DNA of 64,000 nucleotides from an uncultured delta proteobacterium (GTDB lineage Bacteria; Desulfobacterota; Binatia; Binatales; Binataceae), in assembly GCA_963808235.1 (NCBI GenBank), contig CAWEEQ010000001.1:96001-160000 (forward strand), given 5' to 3'. The position numbers were made by a program, and so were the translations under genes. The notes beneath the pieces were generated by a model that searched no databases, was not told the origin of the DNA, and was given only the letters and a program-made list of their open reading frames with translations. This document shows, one piece after another, positions 31,058 through 41,507 of the stretch (position 1 is its first letter; every line of letters begins with the position of its first letter).

Positions 31058-32890
31058 TCACTCCGCAGCCTGAGCACGGTCCGAAACGACCTGTCCCGGT
31101 GCCACGATTGGCGATCGCCGCCAAGCTGCGATGCATTGGAGCCGCCCTGACTGAAACGCCTTGCCGCATTCACTTCGCTGCAGTTTTCCGCTGGAAGTTT
31201 TGAACATCGCGTGAGGGGGCAGGAGCGCGACCGCTTCCAACTGCACTCCGAACGTGTCGGCTACCGTATGGCGGATGCGCGCAAATATCTTTTCCGCATC
31301 GACGGTACCGGGGTCGCTGACTTCATATGCGACTGCGATTCCTTCCGAGCCTCCGGCATCGACAGGGAAAGCGGCGCCGCATCCTCGCCGTAACCCCGGT
31401 TCGGATTGTTCGATCGCCGATTCGACATCCTGCGGATAAATGTTGCGCCCTCTGACGACGAGCATGTCCTTCAGGCGTCCCGTCACAAACAGTTCGCCGT
31501 CTATGTCCACGAAGCCGAGGTCGCCGGTGCGCAGAAACTGCCGACCTTCGCAGCCGAAGAGTTGCGCTTTGAGAAGTTGCTCGCTCTCGACCGGCTTTTT
31601 CCAGTAGCCCTTGGCGATGCCTGGACCCGCCAGCCAGATTTCGCCCACCTCGCGCGCGGGGCATTCCCGTCTCGTATGGGGGTTAGCGATGCGGAGCTCG
31701 ACTCCGCTGATCGGCGTGCCGCATCCGACCAGGTCTCGCACCCCCATTTCACTCTCCGTGGCGGGCAGCGCGATACCGCGCTCGAGCTCATCGGCCAGCC
31801 AGCTTCTGGTTACGGGGACTTGTGAGCGTTTAGCCAGCGTGGCAACCAGTGTTGCCTCGGCAAGCCCGTAGGCCGGACGGAAAGCTTTTGCGTTGAAACC
31901 ATGAGGACTGAAGGCCGCTACAAACCGGTCCATAGTCTTCTTTCGCACCGGCTCCGCACTGCAGAAGGCGACCTCCCAGCTGCTGAGGTCGAGAGCTTTT
32001 CTGTCCTCAGCTTTTCCCTTGTCAACGCACAGATCGAAAGCGAAATTAGGCCCTCCGCTGTAAGTCGCGCGATAGCTGGTCAGCATCTCGAGCCAGCGCA
32101 TCGGTCGCTGCAAGAACGCGATCGGCGACATCACCACCAAAGGTCTCTGCCGCACGTAGACCGGCAGCAGAACGCCCTGCACGAGACCCATGTCGTGGTA
32201 GGTAGGCGACCACATCAATCCACGCTGCGATTCCGCGACCGATTGTGGATCGCTGCGGCAAATCATCGCCAGATACTCGACGATGTTCGAATGAGACAGC
32301 ATCACTCCCTTGGGCGTACCGGTGGATCCCGAGGTGTATTGCAGGACGGCAGGCTGATTAGCGGAGAAATTGGGGCGCTTCCATTGCGCGGCGTCCGTGG
32401 CCGAGGATGCGTCAGTCGTGATCCAGGGCATCCCTTGCAGCTCGGGCGCGTGTTTGAGAATCGACGGTCGAAGCGCCGTCATCTGCGTCTCGCTGAGGAT
32501 CAGCTTCGCGTCAGCGTCTTCGATCATCGAACGCAGGCGGGGGACCGAACGTTCGAGGCGGAACGGATCAGGTGGATATGCGGGAATCGCGATCAGACCC
32601 GCGTACAGACAGGCGAAGAAGCCGACCATAAAGTCCAGCCCGGGCGGGTAAATGAGCAGCGCCGCATCGCCCGCGTTTGAGTGTTGCTGAATGACAGCGG
32701 CAGCGGACCGAGCCCTGGTGTCGAGTTCCGCGAAGGTCAGCGTTCGTTCGGCCGGCGCGCCGTTCGCGGCGAAATCAAGAAATACGCAAGGGATACTCGA
32801 CGGTTCGGTAGAGGCGTGGATGTGCAGCACGTCGACTATATTGGTTTCAAACTGCCAGCAATATTCATCCGCATCGTTGTAAGTATTCAC
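31058..32890 (-). CDS. Fatty acyl-AMP ligase (FAAL) 1
   Basis: LQYTSGSTGTPKG, PTYHDMGL, PAYGLAEATL, KTSSGK; GTG start after AGGGAG RBS. Confidence 0.92.
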   Translation of the reverse strand: MNTYNDADEYCWQFETNIVDVLHIHASTEPSSIPCVFLDFAANGAPAERTLTFAELDTRARSAAAVIQQHSNAGDAALLIYPPGLDFMVGFFACLYAGLIAIPAYPPDPFRLERSVPRLRSMIEDADAKLILSETQMTALRPSILKHAPELQGMPWITTDASSATDAAQWKRPNFSANQPAVLQYTSGSTGTPKGVMLSHSNIVEYLAMICRSDPQSVAESQRGLMWSPTYHDMGLVQGVLLPVYVRQRPLVVMSPIAFLQRPMRWLEMLTSYRATYSGGPNFAFDLCVDKGKAEDRKALDLSSWEVAFCSAEPVRKKTMDRFVAAFSPHGFNAKAFRPAYGLAEATLVATLAKRSQVPVTRSWLADELERGIALPATESEMGVRDLVGCGTPISGVELRIANPHTRRECPAREVGEIWLAGPGIAKGYWKKPVESEQLLKAQLFGCEGRQFLRTGDLGFVDIDGELFVTGRLKDMLVVRGRNIYPQDVESAIEQSEPGLRRGCGAAFPVDAGGSEGIAVAYEVSDPGTVDAEKIFARIRHTVADTFGVQLEAVALLPPHAMFKTSSGKLQRSECGKAFQSGRLQCIAAWRRSPIVAPGQVVSDRAQAAE

Positions 32891-32945
32891 TAAGGTGCTC
32901 CCTTGTTTTCGGTCGCCACGCAATGGCGTTAGTTCGCTGGCTAAC

Positions 32946-32961
32946 TGCAATGATGGTGCCG
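32946..32961 (-). promoter_or_regulatory. sigma54 -24/-12 promoter for the FAAL operon
   Basis: Minus strand CGGCAC-CATCA-TTGCA. Confidence 0.8.
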
Positions 32962-33167
32962 AGGGTTCCAAGGGTCGCTTTCGCGCCTCGCCTCTGATCT
33001 CGCGGATGTTTCAGGGGGCGAGGCAAGTTCGGCAACATAACTGGCACCTATGATGACGAATGCTCGCCAGACTTGGCGGATTCTTGCACCTGTTGGCCAT
33101 TGCTCCCGCAGACCGCCATCGCGAAAAAATATCGGCTCACGATGCAATAGCCTCGCTTCGGTGCCGA

Positions 33168-33183
33168 TGGCACGCCGCATGCG
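33168..33183 (+). promoter_or_regulatory. Candidate sigma54 promoter for maoC
   Basis: TGGCAC-GCCGC-ATGCG (GG-N10-GC), ~245 bp upstream of the start. Confidence 0.5.
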
Positions 33184-33428
33184 TAGACGAACCGAATATC
33201 ATGGACCCCCGATACGCAAAGTGCGATTCAGCAGGATGCGGCAACCGCGTTGCTGTTTTGCTGTTATCGCTGTCGACGCGAGTCACCAAAGCTATGTGCC
33301 TGGCCTGCTATATCCGGGAGAAGGGCTGGAGAACCATCGGCCTGTTAAAAGAGGCCGGAGGCTCGACGCCCTCGCTCAGTGCTAGTCGCGGATGAGACGC
33401 GCCCGCGCTGTCTGCGAGAGGAGATTCT

Positions 33429-34283
33429 ATGTCGATCGATTTGGAATCCGCGCTTGGTGCTGAGCTCCCTGAGACCTGGAGCGAGTGGGAACCAGATGAT
33501 GTGATTCTCTATCATCTCGGCCTGGGAGCCGGAGTTCCACCGAGCTCGGCGCGCGAACTCTCCTATACATATGAGGCGAATCTGAAGGTTCTGCCGAGTT
33601 TCGCGACCATACCTTTGCATTCCATTCTGGCAGGGCTGCTGGACGCGCCCGGTTTGAAGATCGATCTGAGTAAGCTGCTCTCGTTAGGCCATGATCTGCA
33701 GATTGTTGGCGCCGTGCCTGCGTCGGGCAGAGTGCGCCACACGGGCCGGATCGCTGGCATCTATGATGAAGGATGGGCCGCAGTGGTTGTTCTCGAACTC
33801 GAGACAGAGACATCCGCGGGCGATCTAATCTGGCTCGACCACTTTTCCCTGTTGCTGCGTGATGAAGGAGGCTTTAGCGGAATTCGCGCCCCTATCGGCG
33901 ATGAAGCGATCCCAGCCAGGCCACCTGATTGCGTGGTGGAACTTCCAATCCTCCCGCAGCAGGCGCTGCTCTACAGACTCACGGGCGACAAGAATCCGGT
34001 GCACATCGATCCTGACTTTGCCCGGAACGCCGGACTGCCGCGGCCCATCCTGCACGGTTTGTGTTCATACGGGATGGTCTGCAAGGCGGTCGTCGATGAG
34101 TTGCTGGATGGTGACGCTACGCGCGTGGGGAGATATTCGGCGCGATTTGCCGGGATAGTGTTTCCCGGCGAGACCATCGTGACTTCCTTATGGAAGGAAG
34201 ACGATCGGATCGCGATCAAAGCCGAGGTCAAGGAACGCGGAACACCAGTAATGTCGCACGCGTCGATCGTGTTGCGAAACTGA
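33429..34283 (+). CDS. Double hot-dog MaoC (R)-hydratase/dehydratase
   Basis: LLYRLTGDKNPVHID, PILHGLCSYG. Confidence 0.9.
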   Translation: MSIDLESALGAELPETWSEWEPDDVILYHLGLGAGVPPSSARELSYTYEANLKVLPSFATIPLHSILAGLLDAPGLKIDLSKLLSLGHDLQIVGAVPASGRVRHTGRIAGIYDEGWAAVVVLELETETSAGDLIWLDHFSLLLRDEGGFSGIRAPIGDEAIPARPPDCVVELPILPQQALLYRLTGDKNPVHIDPDFARNAGLPRPILHGLCSYGMVCKAVVDELLDGDATRVGRYSARFAGIVFPGETIVTSLWKEDDRIAIKAEVKERGTPVMSHASIVLRN

Positions 34284-34364
34284 ATTGTCTTCCTGTGGCA
34301 TATGAGATTCGCCACTTATGGCTGCCACAGAGCAACAAAACTACGGAAGTATGGAACTCAATAC

Positions 34365-34380
34365 CGGCACAAAACGTGCT
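34365..34380 (+). promoter_or_regulatory. sigma54 promoter for the ACP-PKS-NRPS operon
   Basis: CGGCAC-AAAAC-GTGCT 50 bp upstream of the ACP. Confidence 0.7.
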
Positions 34381-34429
34381 CAGCAGAACGACTGATACGC
34401 AGCTCGAAAAGTGAGGAAGAAGTTGTCCC

Positions 34430-34804
34430 ATGGCTACTGAATTCGATCGCGCTCGCAACGACACATCCAAATTAACCGCCGGCGCGATCGAGACATGGCT
34501 GATCGCCCAGCTGGCCGAACGGCTGGGCATCGACCAAAACGCGATTGAGCCGACTTGTCCACTCGGAGACTATGGGCTCGATTCGGTCGATGCGGTTGGC
34601 CTGGTCGGAGACCTCGAGCGCTATCTCCATCGCCAGCTTTCTCCCACGCTTACCTACGAGCACGCAACCTTGCGCGTCCTTGCGCACCACCTCGCGGAGA
34701 GTGAGTCGCCGGTTCCGACCTTATACGCGCAACGCCGGGCAAGCTTGCAGCGCGCAGCGATTGCAAGCCGGCGTGGTGCGCCGCGCGTGATGCGGATCAG
34801 TTAG
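34430..34804 (+). CDS. Acyl carrier protein of the FAAL-partner type
   Basis: YGLDSVDAV, LSPTLTYEHAT. Confidence 0.88.
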   Translation: MATEFDRARNDTSKLTAGAIETWLIAQLAERLGIDQNAIEPTCPLGDYGLDSVDAVGLVGDLERYLHRQLSPTLTYEHATLRVLAHHLAESESPVPTLYAQRRASLQRAAIASRRGAPRVMRIS

Positions 34805-34861
34805 GTCATCGAGGGACTTGGAGTATTTGCAGTCCATCGTCACTACACAAGGAGCAGTCTC

Positions 34862-35050
34862 ATGGAGCTAACACAACAAACCAAGACGCTATTCATTAGG
34901 CGCGATGAATCGCATCACCGCTGGACAATGCAAACGTCGGCGGGCTGGCTGGATACTCCTTGGAGCGACGATGCCGATGCCGTGTCGGTCGTTATGTGGC
35001 TCAAGGGCCGCGCCAACGAGTGCATCGAAGTAAGACCTATATATAAGTAA
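34862..35050 (+). CDS. 62-aa Trp-rich hypothetical protein
   Basis: AAGGAG RBS; lies between ACP and PKS. Confidence 0.6.
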   Translation: MELTQQTKTLFIRRDESHHRWTMQTSAGWLDTPWSDDADAVSVVMWLKGRANECIEVRPIYK

Positions 35051-35175
35051 GGCCACTGTAAGAGCGCGAGTCGTCAAGGTTACAGGCGTCCAGCTCCGTG
35101 CTCACTTCGAGACTGTGACCACAAGCGAGTGACGCGTGGATTGTGTGACATGCAATACGAAACCACGGATTTGCA

Positions 35176-38100
35176 ATGAATTCCAATTGTAGCGGCGAAA
35201 TGTCGAACGCAATAGCGATCATAGCGATGCAGTGCCGGGTGCCGGGCGCGTCCGACGTGCATGCATTCTGGCGCAATCTGCAGGCTGGCACCGAATCGAT
35301 TACTTTCTTCTCCGACGACGAACTAAGAGAGGCGGGCGTTCCCAAGATCCTGCTCGACAATCCCCGCTACGTGAAGGCGAAGCCCTGCATAGACGGGCTC
35401 GACCTGTTCGACGCCGAATTCTTCGGCATCAATGCGCGGGAAGCCGCTCTGATGGATCCGCAGCATCGTATTTTTCTCGAGGCCGCCTACCAGGCGCTGG
35501 AAATCGCTGGTTACGACACTCGGCGTTGGCAGGGACTGACCGGCGTTTTCGCCAGTGTCAACATGAGCCGTTATCTGCTGGCCAATCTGAGCGCGAATCC
35601 GAATACGTTTGGACTCGGCGGATTGTTCGAAGCTATCATTACAAACGACAAGGACTACCTGGCGCCACGGCTGGCCTATCATTTGAATCTTCGCGGCCCG
35701 AGCTTGATGGTTCAAACCGCCTGCTCCGGATCGCTCGTCGCGGTCATAGAAGCGTGCAAGAGCCTGGCTAACTTCGAGTGCGACATGGCGCTGGCCGGTG
35801 GCGTTTCGCTACTTTTGCCGCACCGCGCCGGCTATATGCACCAAGAGGGCGGACTGTTTTCACCCGACGGACATGTCAGGCCCTACGATTCAAGGGCCAA
35901 TGGTACGGTGTTTGGGGACGGCCTCGGCGTCGTCGTCCTGAAGCGCCTTGAAGATGCAATCGCGGATCGTGACAGGGTGCTGTCCGTTGTCCGCGGCTGG
36001 GCCATCAACAACGACGGAGCGAGCCGCGCAGGGTTCACCGCTCCAGGTGTGGCCGGACAGTCGGAAGTGATTGCCGCAGCGCAAGCGATGGCTGGCGTCG
36101 AATCGCGCTCTATAGGCCTTGTCGAGGGACATGGCAGCGGGACGCCGCTGGGCGACGCGATCGAAGTACAAGCGCTCACCAAAGTTTTCGGTGGGAACGC
36201 GGTCGAACGGGGCTCCTGCGCTCTGAGGATCAGTGAAGAGCAACCTCGGTCATCTTTATTCCGCGGCCGGAATCGTTGGACTGATCAAGGCGGTTCTCGC
36301 GCTGCAGCACGGAGCGATTCCACCCACGGCCAACTTCTCTGAATCTAATCCGGCCCTGGGACTTGATCAGAGCTCGTTCTACGTAAACAACCAGTTAGTC
36401 CAATGGCATCGGCATGCGACCCCGCGCAGGGCGGGTGTGAGCTCGTTCGGCTTGGGCGGCACCAACGCTCACGTGGTCCTCGAGGAAGCGCCCACACCCG
36501 AGTGCGGTGACGAATCGCCAAGGAGATGGGAACTGGTTCCCATTTCCGCGCGCACAGAAACTGCGCTCGAGACCGCCACCGAGAATCTCGGCCGTCATCT
36601 GGCGGGCGATTCAAATCTCTGTCTTGCGGACGCGGCGTACACGCTGCAAACGGGCCGGCCGGCTTTCCCGCACCGTCGCGTGCTCGTCACAAGAGACGTA
36701 ACGGAGGCTTCCGAGGTTCTGCTGAATCGGGACAAGGCAAGACTATTCGGCGCCGTTCGCAAGAGCGCCGAGCAGCGGGTCGCTTTCATGTTCTCTGGAG
36801 TTGGCGATCAGTATCCGAGCATGGGGAGCGGTCTCTACGAGGACGAGCCGATCTTCCGCGAAGAATTCGATACTTGCTGTGCGCTGCTGAACTCGCACCT
36901 CGGATTCGATCTTCGAGACGCGATATTCGATCGCCACAGCAAACCGGACGATCAAGCAGGAACGACCAAGCTGGACCTGGTAGCGATGCTCAAGCGCGGC
37001 GGCGCGGATCGGAGCGGCGCCGACCGTCGTCTCGATCAACCCCGCTACTCTCAGCCGGCGGCGTTTGCGATTGACTACGCGCTGGCAAAGCTGTGGATGA
37101 GCTGGGGCATTCAGCCGTCCGCGATGATCGGGCACAGCATAGGGGAATACGTAGCTGCCTGCCTGGCAGGAGTGTTCTCGCTGCGCGACGCAGCGATGCT
37201 GGTGGCGCAGAGGGCTTTGTTGATCGATCAGCTTCCGGGCGGAGCGATGCTCGCAATCATGGCGACCGAAGAGGAGCTCGCCGGAGTTCTTCCGCCGGGG
37301 GTGTCTGTCGCGGCGATTAACGCGCCCCGGCTCTGCGTAGTCTCTGGCAGCGCGGCCGCAATCGATCAATTCGAGCGAGGCGCACATGGGTTCATGTGCC
37401 AGCGCGTTCCAGCGTCGCATGCGTATCACTCACGAATGCTCCTGTCCGCGGCCGAGCGTCTGGCCGAGTTAGTCGGCAAAAGTGAGCTCCATCCGCCGCG
37501 CATTCCTTATATTTCGAATCTCACCGGAACCTGGACTAGTGCTGAACAAGCGTCCGACCCTCGATACTGGGCGGATCACACATGCCAAACGGTACGCTTC
37601 AGCGACGGAATAAACCGGCTGCTCGAAGACCGCGATTGCGCATTGATCGAGGTGGGTGCCGGCCAGGCGCTTACCAGCTTCGGGTTGCAAACCGCGGCAA
37701 CACTTGGCGCGGATATGCCGTTGGTAGTGCCGTCTCTGCGCAATGTTTATCAGCGCGAGGCGGACAGCGCATTCATTCTCACCAGCCTGTCGAAACTATG
37801 GCTGGCGGGAATCGAGATTAATTGGGATGCGCTCGGGCGGCGAGGACAGCGGCGCCGGATTTCTCTTCCCGGGTATCCATTCGAGCGCAAACGGCACTGG
37901 GTCGAAGCGGAGCCGCCGCCTGTGCGATCGACGGAACCGGGCGCGGCGTCAGGCACCGAAGCAGTCGCAGAAAAGCGGCCGCTCGAAGAATGGTTCTACA
38001 CGCCGGCGTGGGTGCAGCGCGATCTGCCGATTTGCACGGACCCGGCCGGTGCAAAGCAATGTTGGATGGTGTTCCTCGATCAGTGTGGGATCGGCGAAAA

Positions 38101-39962
38101 GCTGGTGCAGAGGCTCGAAACGCTTGGGCATAGGGTAGTGAGTGTTCGGCCGGGCCAGAAATTCCGGCGCGAGGCGCCTCGCAAGTACTGCATCGATCCT
38201 GACTCTCAGCCGCATTACGACCTGCTCTTGCAACAGCTCGCCAGCCTTCAGCGCTATCCCGGACGTATAGCGCATTGCTGGTCGATCACATCCGGCGATG
38301 CCGTGCCCACTCTAGAGACATTTGCCAGAGCGCAATCGGCCGGCTTCTCGAGCCTGCTCCGCCTGGCGCGCGCTATGGGGGATCAACGGCCGAAAGGACA
38401 CGTGCGCTTGCTGGCGCTATCCAGTGGACTGCACGACATCCTCGGCGAAGAGCTTCAGCAACCGGAAAAGGCGACACTGCTTGGCGCGAGCGGCGTAATA
38501 GCGAAGGAATATGATTTCCTGGACTGTCGAAGCGTGGACCTCGCGCTTTCCCAGAACCCGCAGTCTGCTGACGGGCGGATCATCAATCAAATCATCTCGG
38601 AGGCAGAAACGGACCGCAACGAGACCGTCGTCGCCTATCGTGGACGGCATCGCTGGGTACGCGAATTCTCTCGGATCCCGGTCGAGGCCGTAGCTGATTC
38701 AACTCTGCTGCGCGAACGTGGTGTGTATCTCATCACCGGTGGATTGGGCGGTATCGGCCTCGGAATCGCTGCGCATCTTGCCAGAAAGTACCATGCCCGT
38801 CTTGCACTGGTTGGCAGAACTGGTCTTCCCCGACGCGAAGATTGGCATCGCTGGCTCGCCGAGCATGACCGCACCGATCCGATCAGCCTTAAGATCGAAA
38901 AGGTTCAGGACCTCGAGGGCTCCGGCGCGGAAGTCGAAGTGATCGCCGCCGACGTTCTCTGATCCGAATGCGATGCGGACAGCAATCACCGCGGTGAACG
39001 AGCGATTTGGGGAAATCAACGGTGTTGTGCATGCGGCCGGCGTCGCGGGTGCCGGACTTGTCCAGCTCAAGACCGATGAAGCCGTCGCGGCTGTGACACG
39101 GCCCAAAGCCATCGGCATACTGGTGCTGGAGTCCGTTCTCGCAGCAGCAAAACTGGACTTCATCGCGCTGTTTTCCTCGGAGCTTGCCATCTGTCCGACC
39201 GTCGGCCAGGCCGACTACTGTGCCGCCAACGCTTTTCTCGATGCATATGCGCACTACAAAAGTGCGCGCGGGAGTGTTCCCGTTTTCTCTATCAACTGGA
39301 GCGCATGGCAGTGGGACGCGTGGCAATCCGGCCAACTCGCGACTCTGGGGGATTTGCAACGCCGCATTAGAGAATTCCGAAGCAAGTTTGGCATTTCGTT
39401 CGACGAAGGTGCCGAGGCATTCGAGCGCATCCTGCACGCCGGTCTTCCCCAGGTCGCCGTGGCAACAGTCGAATTGGGTCGAGCAACCAGTATCTCTCCA
39501 GTCATGAAGGCAAGCGCAACTGTGGAAGCGCACACCTCGGTCTTGGTAGCGCCGGTCGCTCGCCGCTCCCAGACGACCGAGTACGCAGGACCTAGAAGTG
39601 AGCTCGAGCGCAGGCTCGCCGAGTTATGGGCCGAAGGGTTGGGACTGGACCGTGTTGGAATCTACGACAACTTCCTTGAGATCGGTGGTCATTCTTTGCT
39701 GGCCGCGCAAATCATTTCTCGGCTACGCGATGTGTTCGCCGCCGAAATCTCTATGAATGCCTTCTTCGAGCATCCGACAGTAGCCGCCATGGCATCGCTG
39801 CTGGAAACAGCCGGCGGCGATTCGTGTGAGCAGACCGCCTCGCGCATCGAGCCGGCCGCTGATGCCGAAGTGGAACGGCAAGCGGTCGAGGAGATCGACG
39901 GCCTTTCGGACCAGGAGTTGAGTCAGCGTCTCGAAAGTATGCTCGGAGGACAAACCGAATGA
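35176..39962 (+). CDS. Type I PKS module KS-AT-KR-carrier, split by two 1-bp insertions (36226, ~38957)
   Basis: QTACSGS, EGHGSGT, KSNLGH; GHSIG and HAYH; GGLGGIG and YCAAN; IGGHSL. Confidence 0.88.
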
Positions 39963-41494
39963 CTCAGCACTCGGATACCAGTCTCGCGAACATGTCAGTC
40001 GAGCAGAAAAGGAATCTGCTGTCTCGGTTGATGGCGCGGAAAGCCGCGTGGGAACGGCGTCTGCCTTTGTCGTTCGCCGAAGAGCGGCTCTGGTATTTGG
40101 ATGCGCTGGAGCCCGGTAACCGGGCCTATGTTATGTCGGCCGCGGCCCAGTTTAGCGGCCAGTTCGACGCATCGGCGTTCGCTCGGGCCGTGAACGACAC
40201 GGTGCGGCGGCACGAATCTCTGCGAACATTCTATCTCACAGGGGAAAATGGGCCCGTGCGTGCAATCGCGTCCACGCTCACCGTCGAAGTACCGGTGATT
40301 GACCTGCGCCAGCTGGAACCCGGCGAACAGCAGCGGGCCATACTGTCCCACGCACTTGATGATTCACTACTCGGCTTCAGTCTTTCCGAGTTGCCGCTCT
40401 TCAGAATCCTGCTGCTGCGGCTCGATGAGAATGTGCACGTAAGTCTCGCGGCGATTCATCATATAATCTTCGATCATTGGTCGACGCAGATTTTCCACCG
40501 CGAGGTGATGGCTCGATACGCCGCCCTATGTTCACGCCAGGAGTGCCGGCTCCCCGAACTCCCTATTCAGCTTTCGGACTTCGCTACCTGGCAGAGAAAA
40601 ACGCTGCGAGGCGATGTTCTACAGAGCCATCTGGACTATTGGCGAACCAAGCTCTCCGGAATTCCCAACCTTGATCTCCCCACTGATCACCCACGACCAT
40701 CAATCAAGACCTACGCCGCCGCAAGCTTCAGCCGAAAGCTAACCGCCGGTCTGGCGGAGGACCTTGCCAGACGCAGCAGCCAGCACGGGGTGACGCTTTT
40801 CATGACCTTGCTGGCTTGCTTCAAGATTCTCCTGCACTACTATTCGCGCCAAGACGACATAGTGGTCGGCATCGACGTCGCCGGGCGCACGCGCTCAGAG
40901 GCGGAGCCCCTGATCGGTTTCTTTGTCAATGAGCTCCCGCTTCGCACCGACCTGTCGGGAAATCCGCAGTTCGAGGAAATGTTGGCTCGGGTTCGTCAGA
41001 CCTGCCTCGAAGCGTATTCGCATCAGGATGCGCCCTTTCATCAGATCGTCAAGCTGTTGCCGCGAGCGCGTGACCTGAGCCGCGCCCCGGTTTTTCAAAT
41101 CAAGCTTGCCCTGGCGCGCCCCGCTATTCCGGAAAGCGCCTTGCCGGATCTATCGGTACAGCCGCTGGAGCTCGTGCCACCGGCTACTGAATTGGACCTG
41201 ACGCTCTTCCTGGAAGATACGCGTGAGGGCTTCATCGCGACGATTCAATATAACCGGGATCTCTTCGACCGCAGCACGATAGCTCTGTTGATGTGCAGAC
41301 TTGAGATGGTGCTTGACGCCGTAGCGCGCGGCTCCCACCAGCGGCTCGATAAATTTATCGAACAGCTGAGTCTCACTACGACCAACGCAAAATCTCAGGT
41401 ACGCACTTTTCTTTCGTCCCGGCCGCATGCGATCTCCGGCAGCCGCAAGGCGGTATCGATTAGTGGAGAATCTGCCCTTCACGTCTCAGGTTGA
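39959..41494 (+). CDS. Stand-alone NRPS condensation domain
   Basis: LSFAEERLW, RHESLRT, HHIIFDHWS, LPTDHPRP, IGFFVNEL. Confidence 0.9.
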   Translation: MTQHSDTSLANMSVEQKRNLLSRLMARKAAWERRLPLSFAEERLWYLDALEPGNRAYVMSAAAQFSGQFDASAFARAVNDTVRRHESLRTFYLTGENGPVRAIASTLTVEVPVIDLRQLEPGEQQRAILSHALDDSLLGFSLSELPLFRILLLRLDENVHVSLAAIHHIIFDHWSTQIFHREVMARYAALCSRQECRLPELPIQLSDFATWQRKTLRGDVLQSHLDYWRTKLSGIPNLDLPTDHPRPSIKTYAAASFSRKLTAGLAEDLARRSSQHGVTLFMTLLACFKILLHYYSRQDDIVVGIDVAGRTRSEAEPLIGFFVNELPLRTDLSGNPQFEEMLARVRQTCLEAYSHQDAPFHQIVKLLPRARDLSRAPVFQIKLALARPAIPESALPDLSVQPLELVPPATELDLTLFLEDTREGFIATIQYNRDLFDRSTIALLMCRLEMVLDAVARGSHQRLDKFIEQLSLTTTNAKSQVRTFLSSRPHAISGSRKAVSISGESALHVSG

Positions 41495-41507
41495 CAGGAC
41501 GTTGATC

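Noticed and set aside
34862-35050. Calling the small ORF mbtH
   Set aside because: Signature NxExQxSxWP and PxGW motifs are absent.
36221-36240. Programmed ribosomal frameshift in the PKS
   Set aside because: No slippery sequence, and similar indels are scattered across unrelated genes.
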